A stretch of 64,000 bases of DNA from contig CM119263.1 of assembly GCA_051294375.1 (NCBI GenBank), positions 11,058,703 through 11,122,702 on the forward strand, given 5' to 3'. The notes below the pieces were generated by a model. It ran no database searches. It saw only the letters and a list, made by a program, of their open reading frames with translations, and was not told the DNA's origin. Origin of the DNA: Paraspadella gotoi (taxonomy: Eukaryota; Animalia; Chaetognatha). Below, piece by piece: positions 1 to 15,531 of this stretch. The position numbers were made by a program, and so were the translations under genes. The stretch's first letter is position 1. Each line of letters begins with the position of its first letter.

Positions 1-645
1 AATTAATCATGTTTATCATTCGTTTTAAAATAATATTGCGCAATTGTGAATTGAAAAAAGGTAGATATTTAAATATCTTTTTATTATGAATTATCCGTCC
101 GATTTGACCCTTTTGTTAAAATGTCTTAATTAAGTCGGCTTTTCTAAGTCTGACTAATTTATTTCGTCTGAAATTCGTTTGTTTTGACTCATAAAAAGTC
201 TTCTCCAACAGTCGCCACCCCCTACTTGCTAATAAGTGAAGTCGCGTAAATCGGGTGAGCGGATTCTTCTCTGTTTTTGTTTTTTTGTTTATCCCATAAT
301 CGGTTACGTCTTTTCCCGGATGATGACTTTCTCGAAACTCCCACGAGCGGAGTTTATATCGAGATGAGGCCCTGATCGTTTTTCGTGCTTCTCTTACCAA
401 ACGGGAAGAGAAATAGGAATTGATACAACCATTTTTTAAAGTTTTAGTTTGTACATGTAAAAACCATTCTACGTAATCCATCTGTCTTCCGTCAACAACA
501 ACAAAAAGGAAAACCAATCAAATCTGACGTCGCAATTGTTCTTTCTCAAGAATCGTGTTTGCCCATGGGCTAGCAGATGTCACCTAGGAAACGTCTTTTG
601 TTTCTTCTTCGCTAATTAACGCGCGTCTTTTTTCTCCTTTCCAGA

Positions 646-1987
646 ATGTCAACCAAGTTGCAGGCTTCTCTTCTTTCTCGCGTTGGGCGTGGCGAGCCAA
701 ATCACAACTGCCGCCTCTACTCAGCCCACGCCCACATCCTCCTCGCCATACTAACGATTTTCCGGACGACGCCGTCTCACGCAGCCCCGACGACTCCGCT
801 TGTAGGCGCCGCCCCTTCTGAAACTGGCGTCGAAAGATCAGACATCGTCGTCGATCAGCCGGTTCGCGCGAGTGGCTTATCCGTCGTTGAAAAAGGAGAC
901 GCCTCCACCGCCGACGCCATCGATTCGAAAGATTTCCGATCTCCTTCCTTTTTCCTTCCTTCCTTTTCTTCGTTTTCACGAGACCCGAATGACCCGAAGC
1001 CGCGTCACGCCAACGCCTCTCACGTCGGTGACCCCCGGGGAGACGACCTTCGCGACCCCGCGGATCCCTCTTCCCTCTTTCCCGCGGACCCGGCCGCTCC
1101 GCCCCTCGTTCCCGCCCCTCTGATCCCCGCACCCCTTTCTCCGTTGGTCCCCGCGCCCCGCCCACCTCGCGACCCCGCCACGCCCTCTTTCGCTCGCGAC
1201 GGCTTCGCCAACGTCACGTCTCCTAATCCCTCGTCTCGCGCGCGGTTCGTTTCAGCGGCGGCTTCCCCGGCGTCAAAGGTGACGAGCGACGCGGCGACGC
1301 CGGATTCCCGAGGATCAAAACCTAATGACGCCGCCGAGGCAAACGACGTTGGATCAAAGGGTGCCGGTCAAGGATCGGCGGGCGTTGATGCGGGATCACT
1401 GGGTGCCGAGGTGGGATCACTAGGCGCCGACGTAGGATCACTAGACGCCCACTTCGGATCGCCGATTGCCGCGAAAGCATCGACGAGTGCCGAAGAGTCG
1501 GTGGAGAATGCCGAAGCCAAATCTGTCGATAGCGAGGATGACGAAAGTGCGTTAAGCGTTGTCGTCGAGACTTCAGTCGGAAGAGACGATAATCCGTCTA
1601 AAACGAAGGGAGATTCAACGAAACCTGACGAAATATCACAGGATGCGACCCAAAAGTCTATTGAATCCTTTGCGACGATCGAAGACGAATTGGAGGGCGA
1701 AGCGATCGCCGATGTCGATCGTCCTCTTCATCGTCAAGACGTCGACGCGGAAAGTTTATCGCCTCTTTTGGTTTTACCCGTGAAAAATAGCGACGACCCG
1801 AATTCGCCAACGAAAAACTCTGGAGAGAAGAAAAAAGACGCGAAGCTCGCGGACGCGAAAGAAAGCGACGCCGCTATGAAAGACGCACCGGCCCCGCGCC
1901 ATCGCAAAAGAAGCGCCGGTGCAAAAACCGGCGTCAAATCCAAAGCGGAAAACGTTTTAGAGCGCGTCGTCACAGAAACCACTTCCG
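646..1987 (+). CDS. Multi-Ig protein, first visible coding exon: signal-like peptide, long Pro/Ser/Asp/Ala-rich region, furin-type site, start of Ig1
   Basis: A polypyrimidine tract and ccag acceptor end at 644, followed by ATG at 646. The frame is GC-rich and open for 447 codons. It has a hydrophobic HILLAILTIF..SHA|AP segment and RHRKR at 1897-1911. The donor G|gtgaga after 1987 (phase 1) joins the 6640 exon to give VVTETTSVTLEC. Confidence 0.85.
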
Positions 1988-3705
1988 GTGAGATAGGGGG
2001 GGGCGGCAGTGGGGGGAGTGAGATGGAAAAGGAAAATTTGGGTGCAAACTGACAGGATTTCACGTTGGAGACAAAGTTTGTTTTTTTTTTATAAAGGACG
2101 ACAAAACTAAAGAATTTTCTTGTTATTTAATATCCCCGCATTTATCGATGGCGAATATTTTCACTTCCTTTCGAGGAAATTGTGAGATCAAATCGTTTGC
2201 CGCTCTATCGTTACAAGTACAATTTTTAAATGTATAATGCACTTAATCGTGAAATAGTATTTTTTTCAAATTTAATCCTCAAAACTTCATTGTTACGAAA
2301 CAAATCGAATCCTCTCCAAAAGAATGAGAAAGAATCCTAAAGGCAAAGGTGATGGCTCAGGTGCTGCAAACTTTAAGTGATATCACTGAATCCAATCCCG
2401 ATTCACAATCACCGGCGCCGAGTAGAGGAAGAAAGAGGCCGCGGATCTTTGGTTAAAAGGCGCAGCTGGCGCCTCCGCAGTCTCGCTCCGAGTCCGACGC
2501 TCGAGATGGAAAAGATGCGCCTCTGGATTGAACCAGCGTCGAGGGAAGAAAAGTTGGAGGAAGTGAAAAATCGATATGGGCCCAGTTTTAAAAAAATCCA
2601 CGCGCGCAAAAAGAAGAAGAGGAGCGCTTTGAAATTTAATGTAACATCCTAAAATAAAGATATAATACGTGAAAAAAGGTTTTTCCCCGCACCCGCATGA
2701 CGTGAACTTAGTCGAAAGCGCGTGACGTCCCTGCTGAGCGTAAATTCACCGAATCGGGTTTCAGGTTTTTTTTAAAAGGGCTTTTATCGACTTTACCGTT
2801 AAACCCGCTACTGTGGTTTTTTTTATGCCTCTGCATTGCATTTGCAGTCGAAACTGGAGGGAGATGGGGAGGAAGGCCGAATGGGGAGGAGGAGAGAACG
2901 GAACAGTTTATACGAAGGATTCGAATTCAATTTGCTCTTTGGAATCCTTGGGGGCCCCGAGGGGGAATTGAACGGGGGAAGGGGCAAGGAATTGCTTTCT
3001 TGCAGGCTACATTTTGAAGTAAGCCTTCGTTTAAGTCTTTCTATTGATCGCGTTTAGAAAAACGGCTGGTTTTTTTATTTCCCGCGGGGAGGCGCGCGTG
3101 CGCTGCGTGAGTCTATAGTATTGACTCGTGTGCCTTTGAGCTTTAGCGGTGATGTCAATAACTTCTGTGAGAATTAGATTTAAAATGGGTCACTTATCAA
3201 TAATATCTGATTCATAATTCCCAATGAGATTCGCGGATTCCCACAAATATTTGTCTTTTTTTCGAAGTGAAATTTTCGAGGTCTCGGGGTCAACGTTCAT
3301 TAAGGGGAGAAAAGAAAGAAAAGAAAGAAAGAGGGAAAGATGAGAAGTAGAAAAGAAAAGGAAAGAAAGAAAAGAAATTTAAAGTCTATTCAGACAGAAG
3401 GGAACAGACATCAACGCTTCTAGTTTTAGTATTTCTCTTTCATCGTCATTTTTTTTTCGTGTCTGAACTAACGACAGAAAAGCAGCGATTAATGAGAGGA
3501 AATTATGAAAGAAAGGAGACTTTAGAAATCCATTAGCGTGAGATTTACTGGCGTTCTCTTTAAATATTAAGAGAGTTAAATGTAAGGCATTAAAAGGCAA
3601 ACATTGAGATTAAAAGAGAAAAAATTAAAAAAACAAGAATGAAACCGATAAACAAATGATGTGGAAAAATTAAGAAAGAAAAGAATCGAGGAATCAAAAG
3701 TGGAA

Positions 3706-3710
<5 letters not shown>

Positions 3711-3797
<87 letters not shown>
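3711..3797. repeat. (GA)n microsatellite, representative of many (e.g. 14826-14934, 32783-32884, 34753-34880, 48274-48376, 55171-55240, 55614-55722)
   Basis: Pure dinucleotide runs; these are the source of the RERE/SLSL ORFs. Confidence 0.95.
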
Positions 3798-3802
<5 letters not shown>

Positions 3803-5195
3803 ATGAAAGAGGAAATGAATGAAAAATGGAGGACAGCGGAGAAAAGGCAGGAGGGAGATTAGAAAAAGGAAAGCGGAGGAGTCGGAGCGACGCCAAGTTA
3901 GCTTAAGGAAAGATTCAAGCGAGAGATGGCGCTGCTGAGAGAAAGCCGATGGGAGAAAACAAAAGGCAGGGTGGTGGGTGAAGAGAGAAGGACGAGTGAT
4001 TGAAAGATAGGTAGGGCGCAATGGAGAGAGAAAAGAAAAAAAAGTGGAAGCGAGAGAGAGAAATAAAAAATCTGACAAGAAAAAAATGTCTTCTTATTAT
4101 TATTTGTTTCTGAGAAAAGCTAAAGCGACGTCGAGTAGAAGTTTTTCCGCATTGCCGCAATAACGCGGTGCTGCAATGCGACGAGGTCGTTTTAACAGCT
4201 GGTCGAGGAAATCGACCGTTAAATGACGACGTGAATAAGTTGACGTAAAGACGACGTAAACGATTATGTTGTCGCGCAAATGTCGATCGAAAGTCATCAT
4301 TTTATTTTATTGAAAGTCATTTTTTTTTCATTGGAGCGTGCGTTCAAATATTTTAAAGGAAGCAAGATAGATAGTAGAATTGTTGTTTTCTTTTTTCTTG
4401 TACTTTAGAACAAATTGATCCATAAAAATAAAGATAAGAAAAAAAACATATATAAACTGAGAAAAGAGAGACGCAGACAAAAGAAAACTCGGCTTTTCCA
4501 TCAATTCTCCGCAGAGTGTTTTCGCTAGATATTATCTTCGTATCATCAACTCTCGGCAAATGTTTTTCTTCCTCAGTCTCTCTAGATTTTTTCGCATTTC
4601 TTATGGACGCTATTTCCCTTTTCCGTCCAAAACTTCACCTCTTCTTTGAATCATATTTTTATTCTCAAGTTACATCAGACTCTCCCCAATCCCTTTTCCC
4701 CGATTTCGACGCACTTTTATTCTAATTTGTAACCCCTCAACCCCCCCCCGCCCGTTTCTCCGATCACAATTCTCAACTCTTCACCTATTCCCACTTTCAG
4801 CCCCCCCCCTTTACCCTCCTCCGTTCCACAGGCCCGGTTTTTTGGGTCAATGAGGCGGAAGGCAAGAAGAGGACACGAGCTGCTTTTAGGAATTAACTTT
4901 AGTCCTTGGCGAAACATCTTCCGATTCCCTCTTTCCTTGGCTCTATCTTCTTTTTTCTTTTTCTTTACATCTTTTTAGCATTCTTTAGGGGAGGCTGTTT
5001 TCCAACATGTTTTCGGCGTTTGGTTGTTCTTCGATGAATATATTTTTGGATGTTTTTTATTGATTGAATTGAATCCGAGCCTGTTGTTTTATTTAGAGCA
5101 AGATTGATAAGAAGTTTGAAGAACAAAATATTTCAGCATTAACTTTAGTATTATTTTATGACACATCATTAACAGTTGTTCCTTGAAAAACTGAG

Positions 5196-5231
<36 letters not shown>

Positions 5232-5232
<1 letters not shown>

Positions 5233-5305
5233 CCTCATCCCGTTTCTCTTATTGTCCTTTAATTGGAACTTCTCTTCACTCACCATTTCCTTTGCCCACT
5301 TCCCC
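5232..5305 (+). repeat. Short dispersed repeat following (CT)n; second copy at 45973-46048
   Basis: cctcatcccgtttctcttattgtcc..attggaacttctcttcactcaccatttcctt..cccacttc is shared between the two sites. Confidence 0.75.
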
Positions 5306-5443
5306 CCTCTCTCTCCTTTCCTCTCTTCCTTTGTTTCTTTCTCTCTAAATTTTCTTTCCCTTCCTCATCTTTCTTAAAATTCTCTTTTGTTTTATTTTTT
5401 CGGTGACGCCCTTTGTTTTGGCTTCGGACTCGTCATTAAAGCA

Positions 5444-5487
<44 letters not shown>

Positions 5488-5516
5488 ATCCTCTCTTCTC
5501 TCTCTCTCTCGTCTCT

Positions 5517-5547
<31 letters not shown>

Positions 5548-6127
5548 TTTCTCTCTCACCACTCGATTCTCCCCTTTCAAGAAAGGCTTTATCTTTAAAG
5601 TGAGGAGATACTAATATGTTAGTAAAGTGAAGGTGACAGAGAGTCGAGTAAAAACAAACATTGATCAAACATTAGAAATGAAAAGAGAGAGAAACTATAA
5701 GAGAAAATAGCCATTCAAGAAAATTCATAGAAAAAATCCAAATTCTAAGCTCAAACAAAATTTTAGGCTTTCGAAATGATTAAATTAAAAAACGTCCTGG
5801 CCACAACGACAACTACGACTTTTTTTTTTGTTCTCGGAGAACAATAACGATATTCTTTGAACGAGAGTCGTAACGGTCGCCGAGTTTTCGGTCGAGAATC
5901 GTTTCTCCATTCTTTCTCACGTTCCTTTCCTTTTCTCACTTTCCTTTCCTCACGTTCCTTTCCTTTCCTCCAGGGTAAGGTCCTAACTCCTCGGCGCAGG
6001 AAAAAAACAAGAGAGATGAGCTCAGAATCGTAAAAGGGGACTCGTTTTGAGGATGACGACGACGACGACGACGACGACGAAGGCGAATACGATGACGACG
6101 TTGCGTCGTCGCGCGCAATTTCGTCTG

Positions 6128-6221
6128 TTTTTAGTTGCGCCGCGAGTACTCGGGGAGCAACTCAAAAAGTCACTTTTCGGTCGGTCGGTCGTTCGGTTTG
6201 TACCACTTACGTAAAAAATGT
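6128..6221 (+). mobile_element. Second, diverged copy (5' end) of the same HINE-like family, in opposite orientation
   Basis: tttttagttgcgccgcgagtactcggggagcaactc..cacttttcggtcggtcggtc..ccacttac..aaaaatgt is the reverse-complement homolog of 9253-9358. Confidence 0.6.
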
Positions 6222-6639
6222 CCTAACTAAGATAGCACTTCCTCAATTCATATTCATCAAGTTCTTATTTGGTAAGGTAAAAATTAATCACATGACCCAT
6301 AAATCAAATGCCATTTATACTTGCTCTTTTGTTATTTTTGTTGTCATGAATCCAAGCGACTACTTGCGCTACCATTTTCTTCTAAAGAAATCGTTTCAAA
6401 ATTTAAAGAAGAATTACGATGCTTAGCGTATCGAACATTCACGGAAATTCACAGAAATACACGTGATAAAAAATTCACTGCGGCCCAACACATTGGAATC
6501 TCCGTTCTTCTTTTTTCTTCTCTTATTTCTTTTTCTCTTTCATCGCGACTCAACCTACCCGTATTCTAAAACTGCTTTAATCATCCCTTTAAATCCCCTT
6601 TCCTTCTCCCCTTACCTCCCAACCCTTACCCTTCGACAG

Positions 6640-6754
6640 TGACGCTGGAATGCTCGTCTCCCTCCCGCAAGGCCATCTGGACCAAGATTCTCCGCGGAGG
6701 GAAGATCCAGTATCTCTTCGTGGGCGTGGACCCGGCCGTCGAGTCGGTCAACAG
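6640..6754 (+). CDS. Multi-Ig protein exon: first half of Ig1 (VTLECSSPSRKAIWTKILRGGKIQYLFVGVDPAVESVNR)
   Basis: Pyrimidine tract plus gacag acceptor; the phase-1 start matches the previous exon. It carries the Ig B-strand Cys and C-strand Trp, and ends at CAG|GCGAGT (GC donor, phase 2). Not in the ORF track. Confidence 0.85.
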
Positions 6755-6809
6755 GCGAGTCCCATTTGACTTGAATGAATGAAAATAAAATCAACTTAAG
6801 CGGCCGTTA

Positions 6810-8050
6810 CCTACTAGTGCCAGAAATTTAGAATATCATCTGGCAAAGACGAGAAAGGATCTCACTCGGATCTCAAAGGATCGATTACAAATTCAACATC
6901 AGAGAATTTACAAAGTTTTTGTTTGCAACGAATTTTATTTATAGTTGAACAGACATGTTTCGACTTGTTTTACAAGTCTTCATCAGCGTTTTGACAGAAT
7001 GGTTACATTTGTTAAATTTTACTAATTTTAGTTTCAAAGCATTTATCTAAAAAATGGAGAGAGATCTACTATGCAGAAATTTAGAATATCATCTGACGCA
7101 AAGCGATCTCACTCGGATCTCAAAGGATCGATTACAAATTCAACATCGAACAAATTGAAGTCCGCTTTCGGTTTCGAAGGAAAAAAAAGAGAATATGGTT
7201 CGAAAGGAGGAATGATCTCGTCTCTGAGGCGATGAAGAGACGAATGAACGAAGGAAAGAATGAATAAAGATTGGGGCCGTCGGGATCGGGGGGCGGCAGG
7301 GGGCGGCAGNNNNNNNNNNNNNNNNNNNNNNNNNTATCTTTGTTTGTACATGCAAGCAATGTATATCCATTTATTATTTATTTTATCCCTGTTCTCTGTT
7401 CTCTCTCTCTCACTCCGTCATCTCTGTCTCTTCTCGTCTCCTCTCTCTCCTCTCTTCTCTTCGTCCTCTCTCTCTCTCTCTCAGTTTCACTTCTTTTCAC
7501 AACATATTCAAATCTGTCCTCACCTGAACGCTGTCCCATCATCTGACCACTATTGCTGTCTCACCACTCTTGCCTGGAAACTTTTAACCCTATTCCTCTC
7601 TCTCTTCTCTCTCTCTCTCTTCTCTCTCGCCGTCTCCTCGTCTTCTCTCTCGTCTCTCCTCTCTCTCTCTTCTCTCTCTCTCTCTCTCTCTTAATGCACA
7701 AATTTTAAAAACCATTCTGTCAAAACGCTGAATGAAGAACTTGTAAAAACAAGTCGAAAACATGTCTGTTCAACTGATAAATAAAATTCGTTGCAAACAA
7801 ACTTTGTCAATTCTCTAATTAATAAGTAACACGAAAAAAGAAAGGATTCACTTCGACTCAAAGGAGTGATTACAACATCAACGATCAAAATTAGGAATCG
7901 CCTTTCGGTTTCGAAGGAAAAAAAAAAGAGAATATGGTTCGAAAGGAGGGAATGATCTCGTCTCTGAGGCGATGAAGAGACGAATGAACGAAGGAAAGAA
8001 TGAATAAATGATTGGGGCCGTCGGGATCGGGGGGCGGCAGGGGCGGGGGG
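6810..8050. repeat. Jumbled local duplications around the 25-N gap at 7310-7334
   Basis: 6810-6900 recurs at 7066-7147, 6905-7020 is the reverse complement of 7700-7815, and 7105-7309 recurs at 7843-8040. Confidence 0.75.
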
Positions 8051-8063
8051 GCGGCAGGGGGCG

Positions 8064-8217
8064 GCAGGGGCGGCGGGCGCGGTCTTGCGAGTCGCCGATC
8101 CGCGAGTTCTCTGACGCCTCGAGAAAAAATCAATTCAAATGCCGCAGGGGCGGCGGGCGCGGTCTTGCGAGTCGCCGATCCCGAGTTCTCTGACGCCTCG
8201 AGAAAAATCAATTCAAT
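8064..8217 (+). repeat. Two-copy tandem repeat, period 80 bp
   Basis: gcaggggcggcgggcgcggtcttgcgagtcgccgatcc..gagttctctgacgcctcgagaaaaatcaattcaa occurs twice. Confidence 0.85.
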
Positions 8218-8823
8218 CCGCAGTCGAACGAGAAAAAAGCGTTTTTCATGCGTTCATTATTTTATTTATTTTTTTCAACATATTAAAATGAAAAAAAAAT
8301 CCCTTCCATTCTATGATTATATCGAGATTATAATGAGACCGAAAAAAGAGTAACCTGATAATGGTTATAAGTATTTGCTAAGATTTTATGGCGTTCGCAA
8401 CCTCTGCTAGTTTAATAATATTAACTACTTGTCGATTGTTTCATGAGACAAGTTTTCATCTATATTTCAAGTTCGAAACCATTATTAAATACCTAAAACG
8501 AAAATGTACGAAGAATCGTAAAAAAAAATAAAAAACAAAAAAAAAACCCAAAAAAAAACACAAAAAACGAGTAACAACAGTCCGAAAAACAAGACTTCTT
8601 TTCTCTCTCGGAGTTTGAAAGCATTAAAAAGATAAGATGTTTGACGCCCGAGGGAAGCTGGGCGGAATGGTGAAGGCTGAAAGCGAAGTGTTGTGATGGC
8701 AGAGTCGAGGAAATGTTTAGGTTGAAGAAAGGAAAGGAAAAGAAAGAAAGGAAAGAAAGGAGGAAAGAGAAAAGAGAGGAAAAAAAAAGGTGAAAATGTT
8801 AAAAAAAAAGAAGCAAGGAATGT

Positions 8824-9358
8824 AACAAGAACGGTGATTCCAATGTGTTACACCGCACTTACTTTATTTTCTTAGCCCGTGTATTTATGACATGCACTGC
8901 ATCCAAATTCCGTCTTTTATTCCTTATATAGAAGTTTGGATTTAGCCTATATTTTGCAAAATTAGTACAAAAGTTATCAAATTTTCTCAAAAATTAACTT
9001 ACCAACTTCAAATGCGATTTAAAAAAAACTGAGTTTGGAAAGATTTTCCCACTTAGCCTAAGCTGTTGTCCAGACAACAACCTTTCAGGTTTTCATTATT
9101 CCAGAAATGGTATATTTCGATTTTCTTTTTCCTCCTATCAAAAGAACCGTGTATAGTTTTAGGATTTCCTGAAGGCGGGGCTAGGAGTCACTTTTTTTAA
9201 AGTTTTTTTTTCCGTCTTAACAAATGAGAAACCAACTATAGGCGAATTATATACATTTTTAATGTAAGTGGGACAGATCGACGTACAGACCGACTGACAG
9301 ACCGACCGAAAAGTGAATTATAGAGTTGCTCCGCGAGTACTCGCGGCACAACTAAAAA
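8824..9358 (-). mobile_element. Helentron-associated (HINE/DINE-1-like) non-autonomous element
   Basis: On the minus strand it starts TTTTTAGTTG, then a palindrome (ccgcgagtactcgcgg) and GAGCAACTCTATA, then a (GTCG/GTCT)n tetranucleotide array. The other end has a cggtg..caccg stem-loop next to CTTGTT. This matches DINE-1/HINE architecture. Confidence 0.6.
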
Positions 9359-10572
9359 GGAAAGGATGGGTGATAGAGAGGATCATGGTTTTTTTTTCGT
9401 CCTTAATCTTTGATCATTGATCACCGCTCTTTCCATTCACTCACTCACCGTCAACTTTTTCCTGCGACCATTCATCTCACTTTTTTCGATCACCGAGGAT
9501 CATTCTTTCCGGCTTTTATCCCGATACGTGATCTGAGCCTACACTTTTGCCTATTTGCCTATTCAATATCTATAGTAATATGCCCGGACTCTCCCTAACG
9601 ATACCTGCTTGGTTTCACCGCAAAGCCAAGTCAGCGGGGAAGAACGACAGATCGCTACAGAAAAAATAAAATACATTATCTAAACGTCCGATGGAATCAT
9701 AATTGGCAATCAGGAGAAGCCCTCAAAGTTCTCAGCCAATTACTGATTGAATCTTGGAAAGTAATCGAGCCACCAGCCGAAGGACGACGCCGAAGAGGGT
9801 TTGACGAAGATCTGCAACAACGATCGAAGGTTGGCAAGAGACGCGAGGTGCCCCTCGATTTGTCACGTCGCCAAAAACCGTCAACTCGAACGGACCTTCA
9901 TGGCGTTCTTTTTTTTTTTCTCCATTTAAGATTCTTCCTCCTTTTTTTTTGTTTTCTTCCTCCTTTTTTTCTTCCTCCTTTTTTTCTTCGTTTCCTCGCC
10001 TTGTCCACGTTCCTTCCCTCCCTTCCTCCCCCTTCCTCCTCCCCCTACATACTTTCCCTCGGTCAGACTCAAGATCCTCGTTTTTCGTCGTTAGTCTTTT
10101 GTTGCTTTCTCTCTCGATGCCAAAATTAACCCGCAAGATGGCTCTTTCGAGTTTTTTCTTCCCAACAGCGGAGAAGAATTGCTCTTTTGTTTGGGAACGA
10201 CGGAACCGAAAAAGACGACGTCGCTAGAGACCTTTTTTTTTGGGGGGGGAGGAAGAGGAGGAGGAGGGGGAGGGTGGGAGGAGGATGATAATGCGTCACC
10301 TTAACTTTCTTCACTCAATTTTCAAGAGTTGAATTTGGTTCCCGAGATGAGAAGCAATCGAACCAGTAACGCCTTTCTTTGCCGGATGTGCTAAGCTAAG
10401 AAGGTCTTTGCGGAGAAAAATATACCCGAGTTCATTTATTTCTCGTCGTAAATCTTATCTATAAATTATAGATTAAATTATAGATTAAATTATAGTATAA
10501 TCTTTATTTTATCTAATTATAATCCACCTTAATGAGCACCGAGTAGAGTTTCTTTCCCTAACGAGTTTATTA

Positions 10573-11434
10573 CAGAGTGTCTCAAGCGTACTGTCACTTT
10601 ACAAAGGAACGCTGTGTCAAATTGGTAAGGTTAATTATTAATTTGATAAAATCACCATGCAGTTTTTTTTGGTATCTATTTTATTTGTATCTTTATTGAC
10701 ACAATGTAAATTTCAAATGAAGGGAAATTATGTTTTGACAGTCGATCAAAAAATTTTGGTGATATTAAATTTATAAAGTTATCCTGGTTATGATGAAAAA
10801 AATAATTATGCATATTATATTACAGTAGGTCACTATGTTTATTTTGCCCTTGCTTTAGATTTTTGTTAATTGGGAATGATTGACGATTTCAGAAGAGAAG
10901 ATGCAAAAAATGATTATGAAGAAAATTTGATTTTATTGACTCTTAATACCTTCAGGAAACTGATAAAGGCTACAAATTTAGTACCAATGATTCGGCTTAT
11001 GATGTTGGATGCATAGAGTACATTCTACTGCTAAAATTATTTTTCAGCTCATAAGCATTGCTAATGTCAAACCAGCCGCATGTCTGTAACAATCTCTCAA
11101 TTAAAACAAATCAAATACTATTGTGAAATTCTGTCAGGAAAGGCCTCTGACCATCACTATAGCATAGCGACATATTATTGTTTAACTAAGTAGCTGAAAA
11201 AGGGCTTTTGGGTTGTTGGAAAGATTTGAATATTTTAAAATAGACAAAAAGTATTTTCAACAATTAGCTTTGAGTGCTGATAAAATGTGATATAATCGTT
11301 TGATTTTAAAAATAAAAACATCATATAAAACTGTAAGAACTTATGGATCCAACGAGTACAGTAAATGCATTTTTTATAACTGTACTGAATTACTGTATTT
11401 ATTTGTAAAGTGTCAGTACACTTGAGACACTCTG
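10573..11434. mobile_element. Non-autonomous Tc1/mariner-type MITE (~860 bp)
   Basis: Terminal inverted repeats of ~33 bp (CAGAGTGTCTCAAGCGTACTGTCACTTTACAAA and its complement, 2 mismatches), flanked by TA on both sides (10571-72, 11435-36). The interior is AT-rich with no transposase ORF. Confidence 0.85.
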
Positions 11435-11588
11435 TATGTTAACTTTGGTAATTTGTGTTTGAAAAAGGTTTATCAGACTTTTTTTAACGATTTAATGTCT
11501 GCGTCATTAAGCCCTCGTTTTCGACGCCGTTTTTTTGAAAAAAAGTTCTTTGCCTTCCCTATTTTTTTTTTTAGTTTATCCGTTTTGT

Positions 11589-15368
<3,780 letters not shown>

Positions 15369-15398
<30 letters not shown>

Positions 15399-15531
15399 TG
15401 TCCGAAAGTCTGTCAACAGAAGAAAGAGAGGGGGTGAAAGAGGTAAGAGGGAAAGAGAGAGAGAGCGAGTTGGAGTGAGAGCGTTAAAGTGGATAATGTC
15501 CGAAAGTCTGTCAACAGAAGAAAGAGAGGGG
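15369..15531 (+). repeat. Two-copy direct repeat (~65 bp core, period ~98 bp); also present in blocks B and C
   Basis: gagttggagtgagagcgttaaagtggataatgtccgaaagtctgtcaacagaagaaagagagggg occurs twice. Confidence 0.8.

Noticed and set aside
1988-2052. C-terminal tail of the 468-aa ORF (GEIGGGGSGGSEMEKENLGAN*) as the end of a single-exon gene
   Set aside because: It lies after a good GT donor; splicing at 1987 yields a proper Ig domain.
584-2063. Minus-strand ORFs 584-1165, 1020-1217 and 1734-2063
   Set aside because: Antisense shadows of the GC-rich + exon.
2377-2652. GC-rich ORF in intron 1 as an extra exon
   Set aside because: No convincing splice sites, and exon 1 joins 6640 directly within an Ig strand.
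5900-5980. Strong pyrimidine tract plus CAG G GTAAGG as a recursive splice site or micro-exon
   Set aside because: There is one extra G between AG and GT, so inclusion would shift the frame, and read-through in phase 1 hits TAA. No further support.
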